From a bacterium (lineage in GTDB: Bacteria > Muiribacteriota > UBA6191): a stretch of DNA of 36,065 nt. Each line of letters begins with the position of its first letter. Positions within the stretch are counted from its first letter, which is position 1. The stretch is taken from assembly GCA_036339875.1 (NCBI GenBank), contig JAYZAC010000054.1:1-36065 (forward strand), given 5' to 3'. The position numbers and the translations under genes are program-made. Under the pieces are notes generated by a model, which was not told the origin of the DNA, did not search any database, and was given only the letters and a program-made list of their open reading frames with translations. Shown in pieces: positions 9,601 to 19,088 of the stretch.

Positions 9601-11920
9601 ATCAGCCAAGCTTGAAGCACCTTCTAGTGGGGGTTCTGGGATTGATAGAGTTGAATATGAGATGGTTTATTTGACTGAAGATGGAGAGTTGATACCGGGT
9701 ACCGATGGTACTCAGGGTAAGCGCAAAAATAATCCTATTCTGAGTGAACAGTTTGCTAATCTTTCGGATATTCAAGATGCCTCTAAAGATCCTTCGACGA
9801 GTTCTACCAGACCTTTAATAGAGACTTCTTATGGTGATATTGAACTTGAAGAGCGAGATTGGGTAATAGACGGAACATTGCCGCCTTTCGACGAAATTAT
9901 TGGGCCTTCAGAGAATAACTCAGGTAAAGTTGCTAACTACTTTTTACGTATTAAATCATATGATCTTGCAGGAAATGTGACCATGCGCACTTTGAAGGTG
10001 AACTTATCTCTTGGTGAGCTTCCTGCACCGCAATTGGTGTCACCTGATTTTAATGAAAATTTAACTAGAGGTTTGGTTAATTTTGAGTGGAAACCGGTCT
10101 CAAATGTTTCGGAGTATATTCTTACTCTATCCAATGCAGATAGTTTGGAAACAACTTTTTCTATAGCAACTAATGGGAATGATAATGTTTTCCATACCGA
10201 AGTGCTCACTAAAGAAGGCGAATATGAGTGGTGGGTTGTGGCAAAAGATTCGGTTGGAAATTTAGGTACAGAGTCTATAAGAAGAAAGTTTGTGATAGAT
10301 CGTACTAAGCCAAAAATTAGCCTATTAAACTGGGTAGATTTGTCACCGGAGTCCAGTGGTAAGCTTACGATAGGGCAGTTTAAGTTACAGATTCATTTTT
10401 CAGAAAATATGCAGTCAGCTCCTTTCGTTACATTTGATCCATTCGGTTCGTCAGTGGGTCGACAGATTATAGTCACTGATGAGTTCCAAGTAGGCTCTAG
10501 TTTATGGCAGGGCGTGGCTACGATCCCAGAAACTGCCGCTGCAGCTTGGGATGGTATTGCTGTTGTAGAAGTAAGTGATGGATTAGATGTAGCTGGTAAT
10601 CGAATGGATATTGACCGAAGTAACACCTTTGAGATTGATACCGGTCCCAGCTACAGTATTAAGTTTTTTGAGAATCCCATCTATCGTTCAGAGTTAGTTC
10701 TTCTGGTGGTGGCAAGTGAAGACCTCTTGGCGCCCCCAGTGATACTTAACCCTCAAGGCCTTTCTTTTGTAAATAATTCAATGTTGAGGTTAGGTTCTAG
10801 AGTTTACAGTGCAGTGATGAAATTAAGTGGCTCATCTATAATTGAAGAAGGTGTATTGGAGATCTCAGGAACTGATTTGAACGGTAATTCGGCATCCAGA
10901 ATGGTTCGCTTTCCAATCGCTTCCATCGTAAAGGATTCTGGGTTTCGAATAAGTTCTTCAAGGTTGAGAGTCGATTTTCCAACCGATGCCTTTAATCAAC
11001 CTTTAGATTCATTGGCAATTTTACCGCCTAATGAAGTTGATGAAAAATTGTTAAGTACAGAAGTTAGACGTAGCTTTGCGAAGTTAAATGTTCCAGTAAT
11101 CGGTGAGCTAAAGAAATTAAGAGATTTAGAGCGGATTATTCCTTCCGATGTTCAACTGAATAAGAGCGCCAATGTTCAATTACGCCTTAAAGAACCTTTG
11201 GGGAATAAGCAAGGTATATTTCTGGAAAGTTCTGGGCGCTTATATTGGTTGACAGGTCCAGGTTCAGGAATCCGTAATTTTACGATTGAAAATTTAGGTG
11301 GTTTGGCTGTCTACGAAGATTTAGTTGCTCCTAAAATTGAATTAGACGAATCATTGGAGTTGGGTGCTCTAGAATCTAGGAGTCCAAAATTGAGTTTCCG
11401 TATTCAAGATGATGGATCAGGAGTTGACTTGAATGCTATAACAGCTACATTGGCTGGTCAAGGAATGGTGATAAGTCAACTGGATGATGGAGATTTTGAG
11501 GCGAGATATGTAGGTAATTTGGCACGCGGTAGTCATCAGTTAGAAATTCAAGCTAGTGACCGATTAGGTAATTTAAGTATCCAAAGCTCGAGTATATTAA
11601 TCGCTGGCCCTATTCGTTTGAATGCTTATGCTTATCCCAATCCGGCAGTTGAGTTTGTTAATATTCGTTATGATCTCAATAGGCCAGCTAGTAGTATAGC
11701 GATAAAGCTTTATGACGTTGCTGGTCGGCGAGTGTTTTCAATAGATTCATCGACGGATTTAGATTTGTCAGGTAATTTAGGTCGTAATATTTATAGATTG
11801 AGGCTTGTTAGAGAAGATGGCGTCAGTCTCAGTAATGGTACATATTTGTGTCAAATAAGTGTCAAGGATGCGCAAAGCAGGCTTGATAAAAAACATCTTA
11901 AGATTGTTATACTGCGATGA
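6668..11920 (+). CDS. Large secreted Ig-like repeat protein (paralogue 1) with C-terminal T9SS type A / FlgD-Ig-like tail
   Basis: Signal peptide 'MNWILTLFIFAFSLQTIDA' (alternative start ATG 6710); many 'D.AGN' and 'D.(T/I)PP' Big-type strand motifs; ends 'AYPNP...IKLYDVAGRRV...LSNGTYLCQI...KIVILR'. Confidence 0.85.
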   Translation: MFEKDSRTSRSTRLMNWILTLFIFAFSLQTIDAVCSGNSLGSVSEQQCRTGTLPPGCAIDSVEIQNVPNDGASLRTSYSQFPVTFNHTGGPGTTYTARPVLSDPSDSGTSITESECTDQRLTIFFANSGQKNIQIAVFQIETNREVTSSNALPVIYDRTPPEVNILRVFVGSGLEGTGLEYSTGTTYYTSQEVFVRARVVDPAPSQASEELGVKIVSGLSSPQPVTPPTDPDNPGLFEVPLNISSEQVDGEYLVRVAGIDDKDGEFEDGSPANVGESKLIRVIRDTVDPIITRVELVKNVGTENQLVENIPGAFIDAGRVRVRVTFSEAMKQPPQLLILQQGNGAGEPPSQPIQATFDSQLFAANPVMVEYEFAPLIGPADTGPATFQFDVGGVDLAGNELDVNSGVLNGGEIQRAVIVDVNPPSLNRVSPDNPGDVQTIPSNNQKIPKNGFPHQITMIVRDYNLPTNIGIEDEQLLSGTGDASGVNFDKIADSADQSSDGAQQDAVIRVEVTDPNSQIVPGTLVTQPPNGLIYLLPDVDKIYPDLNGMAPEGTFTVKVDLVDKVGNATIETFFFQVDNTDIIGSSIQVSLEPSTEANTDFVADSDNPLLTNPITGREVPELPQLIDLRDLDAVNTLSSVRVCSNDSSFDLTRSEVALKARLNGPDTVPRAMNTSSTTEVGESNSCGTQGEFVLQVSEDQQSSFPDLGAFPNPTGSPGVNVAPGTRDPRFGQFDGPYVVEVVARDDAGNISDPIRKEFLLDTTQPYTDTTYPPDHGKINSPIRHISAVLVDPHPPRIHTLDPKGRLNYGSGINIEQSGLKLFLATPYRESQASASGFFTGSGGDLELRSKLSFTHIPNSLDPDKPSFDPKDDKYRVLLEFVDTNAVVTSLPDDGSVDGLYRIESVPVDNAGNSVNPAVDGSSGWVSFGDERANRPKEVTRSFVFLLDSIPPQLSIDGNPSELNFNGSKFRLSGKTLDLSAKLEAPSSGGSGIDRVEYEMVYLTEDGELIPGTDGTQGKRKNNPILSEQFANLSDIQDASKDPSTSSTRPLIETSYGDIELEERDWVIDGTLPPFDEIIGPSENNSGKVANYFLRIKSYDLAGNVTMRTLKVNLSLGELPAPQLVSPDFNENLTRGLVNFEWKPVSNVSEYILTLSNADSLETTFSIATNGNDNVFHTEVLTKEGEYEWWVVAKDSVGNLGTESIRRKFVIDRTKPKISLLNWVDLSPESSGKLTIGQFKLQIHFSENMQSAPFVTFDPFGSSVGRQIIVTDEFQVGSSLWQGVATIPETAAAAWDGIAVVEVSDGLDVAGNRMDIDRSNTFEIDTGPSYSIKFFENPIYRSELVLLVVASEDLLAPPVILNPQGLSFVNNSMLRLGSRVYSAVMKLSGSSIIEEGVLEISGTDLNGNSASRMVRFPIASIVKDSGFRISSSRLRVDFPTDAFNQPLDSLAILPPNEVDEKLLSTEVRRSFAKLNVPVIGELKKLRDLERIIPSDVQLNKSANVQLRLKEPLGNKQGIFLESSGRLYWLTGPGSGIRNFTIENLGGLAVYEDLVAPKIELDESLELGALESRSPKLSFRIQDDGSGVDLNAITATLAGQGMVISQLDDGDFEARYVGNLARGSHQLEIQASDRLGNLSIQSSSILIAGPIRLNAYAYPNPAVEFVNIRYDLNRPASSIAIKLYDVAGRRVFSIDSSTDLDLSGNLGRNIYRLRLVREDGVSLSNGTYLCQISVKDAQSRLDKKHLKIVILR

Positions 11921-12024
11921 GTTTTTCTATTAGTTCAAAATCGGCTGTTATTTAGTTCCTTAAAAAGTGTCGTCAGTGAAGTATCGCATTCACTCTAGAG
12001 CCTAACTGATCCTTACAAAAAACC

Positions 12025-12053
12025 TTCAATTTCAATAATTTTTGGTATATACT
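12025..12053 (+). promoter_or_regulatory. sigma70-type promoter candidate for paralogue 2
   Basis: TTCAAT (12025-12030) - N17 - TATACT (12048-12053) in the intergenic gap. Confidence 0.5.
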
Positions 12054-12144
12054 CGGCGTTTTAATAGGTTTTGATTTACGCGTTTAGTCTTGCTTGGTTG
12101 AGGGACTCAAGTTACTAAATTTCAAAACCTTTATGGGATTTTAC

Positions 12145-15100
12145 ATGAATGTTAGACTCTTGCTATTGCTAATCATATCCGTTCTGGGTTTTGTGGAGTA
12201 TTGTGAGTCAGCATGTACGGGTAATTCATTAGGTCAATGTACTGAATTAGATCCTACTTTCTGTGTCATAGAAAGACTAGTTATTGGGACTTCTTTAACA
12301 GAAACTCAAGATATTGAAGTTGGTAGGACCTCGTATTCTAGGTATCCAGTTCCATTTGTGCATGATGGTGGTACTCCTGATTTTCTTCCGGGAACTTTTG
12401 CCGTAACCGCTTTGCCAAGTTCGCCCGCTGATGCAGGTTCTTCAATTAACGAAGTTGATTGTGAGGGAAGTGTGACTGTATTTTTTAATACTTCCGAGCG
12501 AAAAACGGTTCGTGTAAGAGCTTTTCAGGATGTTTTCAATCGAACGGCTACAAGCTCCAATGCAATGATTGTTACCTTTGATCAGCAGCCACCGACCATT
12601 CAACCGCAACAGGTTTTTGAGGGTGTAGCGCCAAATAATAATCCGCTTGCTTATAGTGCGGGTAGGACTTATTACACTTCAACTGATATTTTTGTAACCG
12701 GCCGCATAGTTGACCCAGCGCCTTCTGTATCATCAGATCAACTTTCAGTTCAAGTTATTGGAGGATTAGCTCAATCTGGAGGAATTCTGTCTGCAACCGG
12801 AGAAGCTCCCGGTTTATACGCTGTACAACTTGGAGTTGATCAAGAACAGGTGGATGGTGAGTACCTTGTAGAACTTGTTGCATGGGATACTGCCAATAGC
12901 GATGCGACTTTCAATGATGGTTCGCCGGCGAATCGCTCAGAGGCGATAGTTTATAAGGTTGTTAAGGATACTATGGACCCCGTAATGACCGGATTAGAAA
13001 TCATTCGTAATGCGAACACAAGCGATCAGACTATCGAGGAGGCTCCAGGGGTTTTCGTGAAGCGTGAAACGATCCTTGTGAAAGCTAGCTTTTCGGAAGC
13101 TCTTAAAACTCCTCCAAGTCTAAGTATCGTCCAGAAAGGCAGCGGTGTGGGTACTCCGCCAGATCCTTACTTTGCCATTTTTGATCCAGATTTGTTTCAA
13201 GCTTCACCCAATGAGGTAACTTACTCTGTAACTCCTCAAGCAGGTTTACAGGATATAGGGCAAGTGGATTTTTTGTTTGAAGGTGGTACAGACTTGGCTG
13301 GCAATCTACTATCTTTAACGGAGGGTGTATTGGGAAATGGAGGTGAGCTTTCACGTGCCTTAATAATTGATACTATTCCACCGGATTTGAATAGGATTCA
13401 AGTTGATTCTATTGGAGTGATTCAAAGTGATCCTGCAAATGCAGAAAAAATTCCCAAAGGTAGTTTTCCAAGAGAGCTTACGGTGATAGTAAAAGATTAT
13501 GATCTTCCAGATAATTTATCGGAGAATTCTGGAGGCGATACTCTCGCTCGAGGAAACGCCTCTGGCGTCGATTTTTCGCGTATTTTTGATAGTGGTGCTG
13601 ATGGAAACGATGATGTGATTAAGATGGAGTTGCTAGGCCCAGATGGTCAGTCATTATCAGGTACATTAGCTACGAAGCCCCCTAATGGTTTGATTTACAT
13701 ACTTCCTACTGAAGATGATCTTTTTAGTAACTTTCCATCGAGAAGAGCGCCTGAAGGTAACTACACTGTTAGGGTAACGTTGGTAGATAAAGTTGGTAAT
13801 GTTTCTAATGAATCATTTTCATTTGAGGTTGATAATACAGATATACAGGCCTCATCAATTCAAGTTGCGATTTCCCCGTCTCCATCTGTTGATGATGATT
13901 TTCAGGTTGACTCCGGAAATCCACTTTTAGATAAGCCAATATTAGGAGAATTGATACCAGACAGTCCCTTCTTAAAGGATCTTGAAAATCTAGATAGCAT
14001 TCGGCAGTTAAATAGTATTGAAATTTGTTCAAATGACTCAAGTATGAATTTATCTCGCAGTCAGGTTTTACTGAAAGCTCGATTAAATGGTCCAGATACT
14101 GTAGCTCGAATTATGAATACAACTACAACAATTGATCTAAATTCGAATAATGGAGTGTGTGCCGTAAATGGCTTGATTAGTTTAGTTGCGGGAGATCAAA
14201 GTCAGGTTTTTCCAGCTTTTGATTTTGCTTTTCCCAATCCCTCTAATATTGGGGCGGGTGTAATAGAGGGTAGTAGAGATCCTAGATTTGGTTTGTATGA
14301 TGGACCGTACAGTGTAGAGATAGTTGCCAGAGATGATGCCGGTAATCTCTCGGATCCAATATTGAAAGAGTTTTTATTGGATACTACTCCTCCATTTACT
14401 CGTCAGGTATTTCCTGCAGAGAACTCCAAGATAAATGCTCCTCTTCAGCATTTTTCAGCCATACTAGAAGACCCTCACCCTCCAAAATTACATGTACTGG
14501 ATGAAGACTCTTATATTAATTTCGGCTCCGGAATTTCAGTGCAATATTCTGGGATGAGTGCCCAACTAGTGAAGCCTTATCGTCCCGAAGATTTGGATAC
14601 AACTTTGTTCGATATTAATAAGGGGAATGAGATAAAAGGGCGATTAAGTTATGTGCATAGACCTAATTCCTTCGATGCAAGTTTACCCACTTTTAGTCCC
14701 GAAGATGATTATTATAGAGTGCTTTTGGAATTTATAGATGAGCAAGGTAATTCACGTTCGCTGCCCTTGGATGGGTCTGCGGACGGTATTTATTCGTTAA
14801 TTGTTACACCAGTAGATAATGCTGGTAATAGCATTGATGGAGCCCTAGCAGGCCAGTCTGGATGGAAGCCTATTACCAATCCAGATCAAATTCAATCTCA
14901 GGAGCTTAAAAAGTCCTTCACTTTTCTATTGGATACAATAGCTCCAAATCTTAAAATTGACTCTTTGAATAATCAATTACTGGGATCAAAGATCATTGTA
15001 GCTGGTGGAGAGTTTAATTTATCTGGTACAGCCAAAGATTTATCGGCACAGAGAGTTGAGCCTGGTAGCGGTGGTGCAGGAATGAAGCAGGTAGATTGGG

Positions 15101-17355
15101 AATTAGTTTTCTTAAATCCTGATGGTTCGCTTGCTCAGCCAACTGAAACTGGAGAGGGTTCAACATCAAATGCAGTAAAAAAGAATCCTATTGCTACCGG
15201 TTTGGCTACCTTATCAGCAATTGTCGACTCGTCTAAGGATCCCACAGTGGATGTCTCTAGGCCTTTGAAATCAGACGAATATGGAGACATTGTTCTGGAA
15301 GAGAGGGTCTGGCGCATTGATGGAGAATTACCCTCATTTTCCGAGATCATAGCAGCTTCGGATACGCCTAATGGTTCTTTGGCTAAATATTTTTTGAGAA
15401 TCTATGCCCGAGACTTAGCTGGTAACAGTTCTATGCAATCTATTGAGATGGTAATAAATCAAGGAGAATTATTTGCTCCAGATCTCGTAGCGCCTATTTT
15501 ACGGGAAGCTTTAAGTAGTACGGCAGTTAATTTTGAATGGAAAGCTGTTCCCAATGCCGCAGATTACGTTTTATATATTTCTCAACCTTCTGGAGAGCTA
15601 ACGACCTTCGCTATTGCTCCTACCGGTGAATCGAATGACAATATAAAAACCTTGCAGATATTAAACACGAATGGCGATTATCAATGGTGGGTTAAAGCTC
15701 GTGATAGTATAGGAAATCAGGGAAATGAGTCTTTAAGGCAAAGTTTCACTATTGATACGTTAGCGCCACAAGTAAATTTAGTGACTTGGATGGATATTTC
15801 CCCAGATACTATCCCCACAATTACTCGAGGGCAATTTATAATAAGAATTACTTTTGACGGTGATCTGAAACATGGGCCAAATGTTCACTTTCAGCCGTTT
15901 TTGAGCTCTATACCTATGCAGAAGGTCGAGACTTACAGTCTAAACGCTAATGTATGGGAGGGGCGCGCCCAAATCCCGCAAAGTGCGGATAATAGCTGGG
16001 ATGGTCAAGCAATCCTGCATATTGAAAATGCTTCTGATCTGGCTGGTAATACTATGATTATCGATCGTACTCATGCATTTGAGATTGAAACGGGGCCAAC
16101 TTTTTCGGTGCGTTTTTTTGAAAACCCTATAGCAAATGATGAGCTAATTTTAGTAATTCGTAGTACAGAGGTACTCTCGGGAGATCCAGTGATTTCGATG
16201 CCTAGAAATCTCGAATTGTTGCAAGAACGTCCCCTAAAGATCGATTCTCAAGTCTATTCTACAAATTTAAGATTACTTGAGCAGACATTAAATGGTGATG
16301 GTGAAATTACTATTGTTGGACAAGATTTGCTCGGTAATACCGCCACTAGGATTGTTACATTTGCTATTAACTCTATCGATGGAGGCCGAGGGGGTTCGGT
16401 TTTCAATTCACAGTTACGGGTTGAAATGAAAAGTGGTAGTTTTGAGGGATTACGCAGCATTGCTATTTTGCCGCCATCCGAACTTGAGCTTCAGGGGCAG
16501 AAAAATGGTATCTCGGCTAGCCTATTCAAAAGTAGTAGATCTAAAACAATTGGTAGTATTTATCCCACTACTTTGAACTTACTTAACCCAGTTGAGGTAG
16601 CAGTTAGGTTTGACGCTCCACTTAGCTCTAAGACGGGTTTATTTATAAAGTCTGCTGATAGCTTGAAGTTTTTAACTGATGTCTCAAGTGTGTCAGCAGG
16701 AGAATGGCGGACAGTTGAGTTAAATGCACTCGGTTCTCTTCATATTGCTCGCGATCTTGAAGGCCCAAGAATTACGATCCCTTATGATTTATCTCAAGAT
16801 CTCTTCTCAGGTCGTAAGTTCTCGATGCAGCTTATGGTTGAAGATTACTTATCGGGCTTAGACTTAAGCTCAATTAGGGCAGAGCTCAATAAGAGTGAGC
16901 TTATGACCAAAATAGATGTTGATGGTAATGTTTTGTTGGAGAGTCGTTATTACTTTTCTGAAGGGAGTTCAGAGTTAATATTTGAAGCTTCTGACCTGAT
17001 GGGTAATAAGATTGTGCACAAAGCCATGGTTATGATTGCTGGTCCGTTGAAGATGCAGTTTAATTCGTATCCGAATCCGGCAAGTCAGTTTTCAACTTTA
17101 GAATATAGACTATCTCAAGCTGTAAAAAGCGTTCGATTAAAAATTTACGATACATCTTCTAGATTAGTTTTCAGTAGTAACTCTCTAAATAATCTAGACC
17201 TTCCCATTCATAGCGGAACGCATCAATTCGAATGGATGTTAAATAATCAGCAAGGTTCCGAAGTCTCTAATGGCGTTTATGTGGCTCAGTTGATTATTCA
17301 AGATGAGTCAGGAGTGTCTCATAAATTACGTTGCAAAATAGCTGTAATTCGGTGA
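12145..17355 (+). CDS. Large secreted Ig-like repeat protein (paralogue 2) with C-terminal T9SS type A / FlgD-Ig-like tail
   Basis: Collinear with 6668..11920. Probable start ATG 12145 (or 12133) giving signal peptide 'MNVRLLLLLIISVLGFVEYCESA'; the ORF track starts at TTG 12094. Ends 'SYPNP...LKIYDTSSRLV...VSNGVYVAQL...KIAVIR'. Confidence 0.85.
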   Translation: MNVRLLLLLIISVLGFVEYCESACTGNSLGQCTELDPTFCVIERLVIGTSLTETQDIEVGRTSYSRYPVPFVHDGGTPDFLPGTFAVTALPSSPADAGSSINEVDCEGSVTVFFNTSERKTVRVRAFQDVFNRTATSSNAMIVTFDQQPPTIQPQQVFEGVAPNNNPLAYSAGRTYYTSTDIFVTGRIVDPAPSVSSDQLSVQVIGGLAQSGGILSATGEAPGLYAVQLGVDQEQVDGEYLVELVAWDTANSDATFNDGSPANRSEAIVYKVVKDTMDPVMTGLEIIRNANTSDQTIEEAPGVFVKRETILVKASFSEALKTPPSLSIVQKGSGVGTPPDPYFAIFDPDLFQASPNEVTYSVTPQAGLQDIGQVDFLFEGGTDLAGNLLSLTEGVLGNGGELSRALIIDTIPPDLNRIQVDSIGVIQSDPANAEKIPKGSFPRELTVIVKDYDLPDNLSENSGGDTLARGNASGVDFSRIFDSGADGNDDVIKMELLGPDGQSLSGTLATKPPNGLIYILPTEDDLFSNFPSRRAPEGNYTVRVTLVDKVGNVSNESFSFEVDNTDIQASSIQVAISPSPSVDDDFQVDSGNPLLDKPILGELIPDSPFLKDLENLDSIRQLNSIEICSNDSSMNLSRSQVLLKARLNGPDTVARIMNTTTTIDLNSNNGVCAVNGLISLVAGDQSQVFPAFDFAFPNPSNIGAGVIEGSRDPRFGLYDGPYSVEIVARDDAGNLSDPILKEFLLDTTPPFTRQVFPAENSKINAPLQHFSAILEDPHPPKLHVLDEDSYINFGSGISVQYSGMSAQLVKPYRPEDLDTTLFDINKGNEIKGRLSYVHRPNSFDASLPTFSPEDDYYRVLLEFIDEQGNSRSLPLDGSADGIYSLIVTPVDNAGNSIDGALAGQSGWKPITNPDQIQSQELKKSFTFLLDTIAPNLKIDSLNNQLLGSKIIVAGGEFNLSGTAKDLSAQRVEPGSGGAGMKQVDWELVFLNPDGSLAQPTETGEGSTSNAVKKNPIATGLATLSAIVDSSKDPTVDVSRPLKSDEYGDIVLEERVWRIDGELPSFSEIIAASDTPNGSLAKYFLRIYARDLAGNSSMQSIEMVINQGELFAPDLVAPILREALSSTAVNFEWKAVPNAADYVLYISQPSGELTTFAIAPTGESNDNIKTLQILNTNGDYQWWVKARDSIGNQGNESLRQSFTIDTLAPQVNLVTWMDISPDTIPTITRGQFIIRITFDGDLKHGPNVHFQPFLSSIPMQKVETYSLNANVWEGRAQIPQSADNSWDGQAILHIENASDLAGNTMIIDRTHAFEIETGPTFSVRFFENPIANDELILVIRSTEVLSGDPVISMPRNLELLQERPLKIDSQVYSTNLRLLEQTLNGDGEITIVGQDLLGNTATRIVTFAINSIDGGRGGSVFNSQLRVEMKSGSFEGLRSIAILPPSELELQGQKNGISASLFKSSRSKTIGSIYPTTLNLLNPVEVAVRFDAPLSSKTGLFIKSADSLKFLTDVSSVSAGEWRTVELNALGSLHIARDLEGPRITIPYDLSQDLFSGRKFSMQLMVEDYLSGLDLSSIRAELNKSELMTKIDVDGNVLLESRYYFSEGSSELIFEASDLMGNKIVHKAMVMIAGPLKMQFNSYPNPASQFSTLEYRLSQAVKSVRLKIYDTSSRLVFSSNSLNNLDLPIHSGTHQFEWMLNNQQGSEVSNGVYVAQLIIQDESGVSHKLRCKIAVIR

Positions 17356-17378
17356 AACTTTTTCCAGATTTCTGCGTA
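17353..17378 (+). promoter_or_regulatory. ECF sigma (sigmaW-like) promoter
   Basis: TGAAAC (17353-17358) - N16, starting with a T-tract - CGTA (17375-17378); matches the B. subtilis sigmaW consensus TGAAAC-N16-CGTA, ~35 nt upstream of the next start; a second copy lies at 33136. Confidence 0.7.
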
Positions 17379-17411
17379 ATATAGTACGCGTTTTGACTGA
17401 ACTAAGAGGTT

Positions 17412-19037
17412 GTGATGTATTTCAAATCGAAACTTGTGCTTTTTGTGTTACTGGGAATCTTTATTTCTACCTTTGCATCCAACCCAGTTAATAAACTTGA
17501 AAATTTTCTGCTAGCCGAAAGTCAAAATCTTCTAGATGAATCAGTGATCAGTTCCAAAGATGTTTACAGCTCTAGGGTGCGGTGGGCAATTGATCAAGCC
17601 TATATGTCGCAGGATAGCGGTAATAATGATCTTCGAGATAAATTTTTATCTTTAGCTTTGGTTTATTTGGAAGGAGATCAATTTGAAAATTTCATGAGGC
17701 AACAACAGGCAAGGCTGAGTAGATCTCCTAGGTCAGCTGTTAACAGTGATTCTTTAGTAAATTATTCAGAAACAAAGGTTCGAAAATTCAGTCGTCTGTA
17801 TGGCGAGGATGGTCTGATCGGCGGTTTGTCTGATAAGAAAAACCAGCAGAAAATTGATAGTGCAGTAAGTAAAAATATAGAGATGGAATCTTGGTTTATT
17901 GCGATGCTTGAAAAAATGGGCATTTTATCGAAAAACTATAAGGAGCTTAACGATAAACTGCGCGCGAAGTTCCCTCATTTATCGAAAGATCAGCTAACTG
18001 ATCACCTTATCAATCAAAGTGCTAGGTTAACTGCAGGGGTTGGATTTGTTGGTGCATTACCAGGAGTATTTCCCGGCGCTGGGACTGCTACTCAGATTGC
18101 AGTTAACGTCGGTACCATGGTACCTGATATGATTTTTCTGTTTAAGAAGCAGGCAACACTGATTTTTAGAATAGCGGAGATTTATGGTAAGGATCTGAAG
18201 GAAGAGGAGCGTATAACTGAGGCGTTAATATTATTCGGGGTTGCTTCTGGAGTGTCGGCAGCTACGAGGGCTCTACAGCAGTATTTGGAGAACGGGATCA
18301 CTATTTATGTCCGAGAGAAAATTAGCAAAGCTTTCGTTGCGGGTGCTGTACACAAAGTGGGGGCCTTGAATCCAATTCTTGGCGATATTTTAGAGACGTT
18401 ATTTGCTAAGAAGTTCATCAGTGAAGCAGCAGTAGAGAGAGGTGTTGTCGGTTTAATACCTTTAGTAGGTGCGGGTGTTTCAGGCTCCATGAATTATATG
18501 TTTACACGAAAAGTAGGTAAGGTGGCGAGAGTTTTTTATCGTGAAGATCCCAGTAACAGGCTAGAAGCACTTAACAACATGCGACTACCAAAAGTGGAGC
18601 TTGCCATGTTTCGTGGGTTGGTAATGATGATGAATGCTGATAAGGTTCAGAGTCCCGTTGAGATACTAGCTATCGAGAAAGTTGTAGCAAGGTTCCCTCA
18701 TAATCACAAAATTGTTCAGAAGTTAATTTCCGGCGATAAAGAGCTCATGGATAAACTTGATTATGATATTTCTAATGAAAGTATCAATGTTAAAGAGCAA
18801 ATTTTACAATCTGTAATATCTTTAAGTTATGTAGATTCAGAGAAAGGTCCGGAAGAGGTTGATTTACAAAGTAAGATGATTGAAAAGTTTGGAATACCGC
18901 AAAAAGTTGCTAATGATGTGGAGATTTTAGTAAAGACTGACAATAATGCTTCAGGTGATGGTTTGCTTGGTTTGGTGAAAACTGCTTATCATAAATATAA
19001 GAAACTAATAGGGGCTCAAAAGGATGTAGAGTTCTAA
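17412..19037 (+). CDS. Secreted protein with EcsC-family domain and C-terminal TerB-like domain
   Basis: Signal peptide '...LFVLLGIFISTFA' (GTG 17412 or ATG 17415, SD GAGG); EcsC-like 'TAGVGFVGALPG...PDMIFLFKKQATLIFRIAEIYGKDL...IPLVGAGVSGSMNYMFTRKVGKVARVFY'; TerB-like duplicated motif 'MMNADKVQSPVE' and 'SYVDSEKGPEE...KFGIP'. Confidence 0.7.
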   Translation: MMYFKSKLVLFVLLGIFISTFASNPVNKLENFLLAESQNLLDESVISSKDVYSSRVRWAIDQAYMSQDSGNNDLRDKFLSLALVYLEGDQFENFMRQQQARLSRSPRSAVNSDSLVNYSETKVRKFSRLYGEDGLIGGLSDKKNQQKIDSAVSKNIEMESWFIAMLEKMGILSKNYKELNDKLRAKFPHLSKDQLTDHLINQSARLTAGVGFVGALPGVFPGAGTATQIAVNVGTMVPDMIFLFKKQATLIFRIAEIYGKDLKEEERITEALILFGVASGVSAATRALQQYLENGITIYVREKISKAFVAGAVHKVGALNPILGDILETLFAKKFISEAAVERGVVGLIPLVGAGVSGSMNYMFTRKVGKVARVFYREDPSNRLEALNNMRLPKVELAMFRGLVMMMNADKVQSPVEILAIEKVVARFPHNHKIVQKLISGDKELMDKLDYDISNESINVKEQILQSVISLSYVDSEKGPEEVDLQSKMIEKFGIPQKVANDVEILVKTDNNASGDGLLGLVKTAYHKYKKLIGAQKDVEF

Positions 19038-19064
19038 TAACCCTCAACTAATTCAGATTTATAA

Positions 19065-19088
19065 GGGGGGAGTCGTGGGCCTCCCCTT
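19065..19088 (+). other. GC-rich RNA hairpin in the intergenic region
   Basis: GGGGGGAG-TCGTGGGC-CTCCCCTT: 6 Watson-Crick plus 2 G-U pairs in otherwise AT-rich sequence. Confidence 0.55.
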
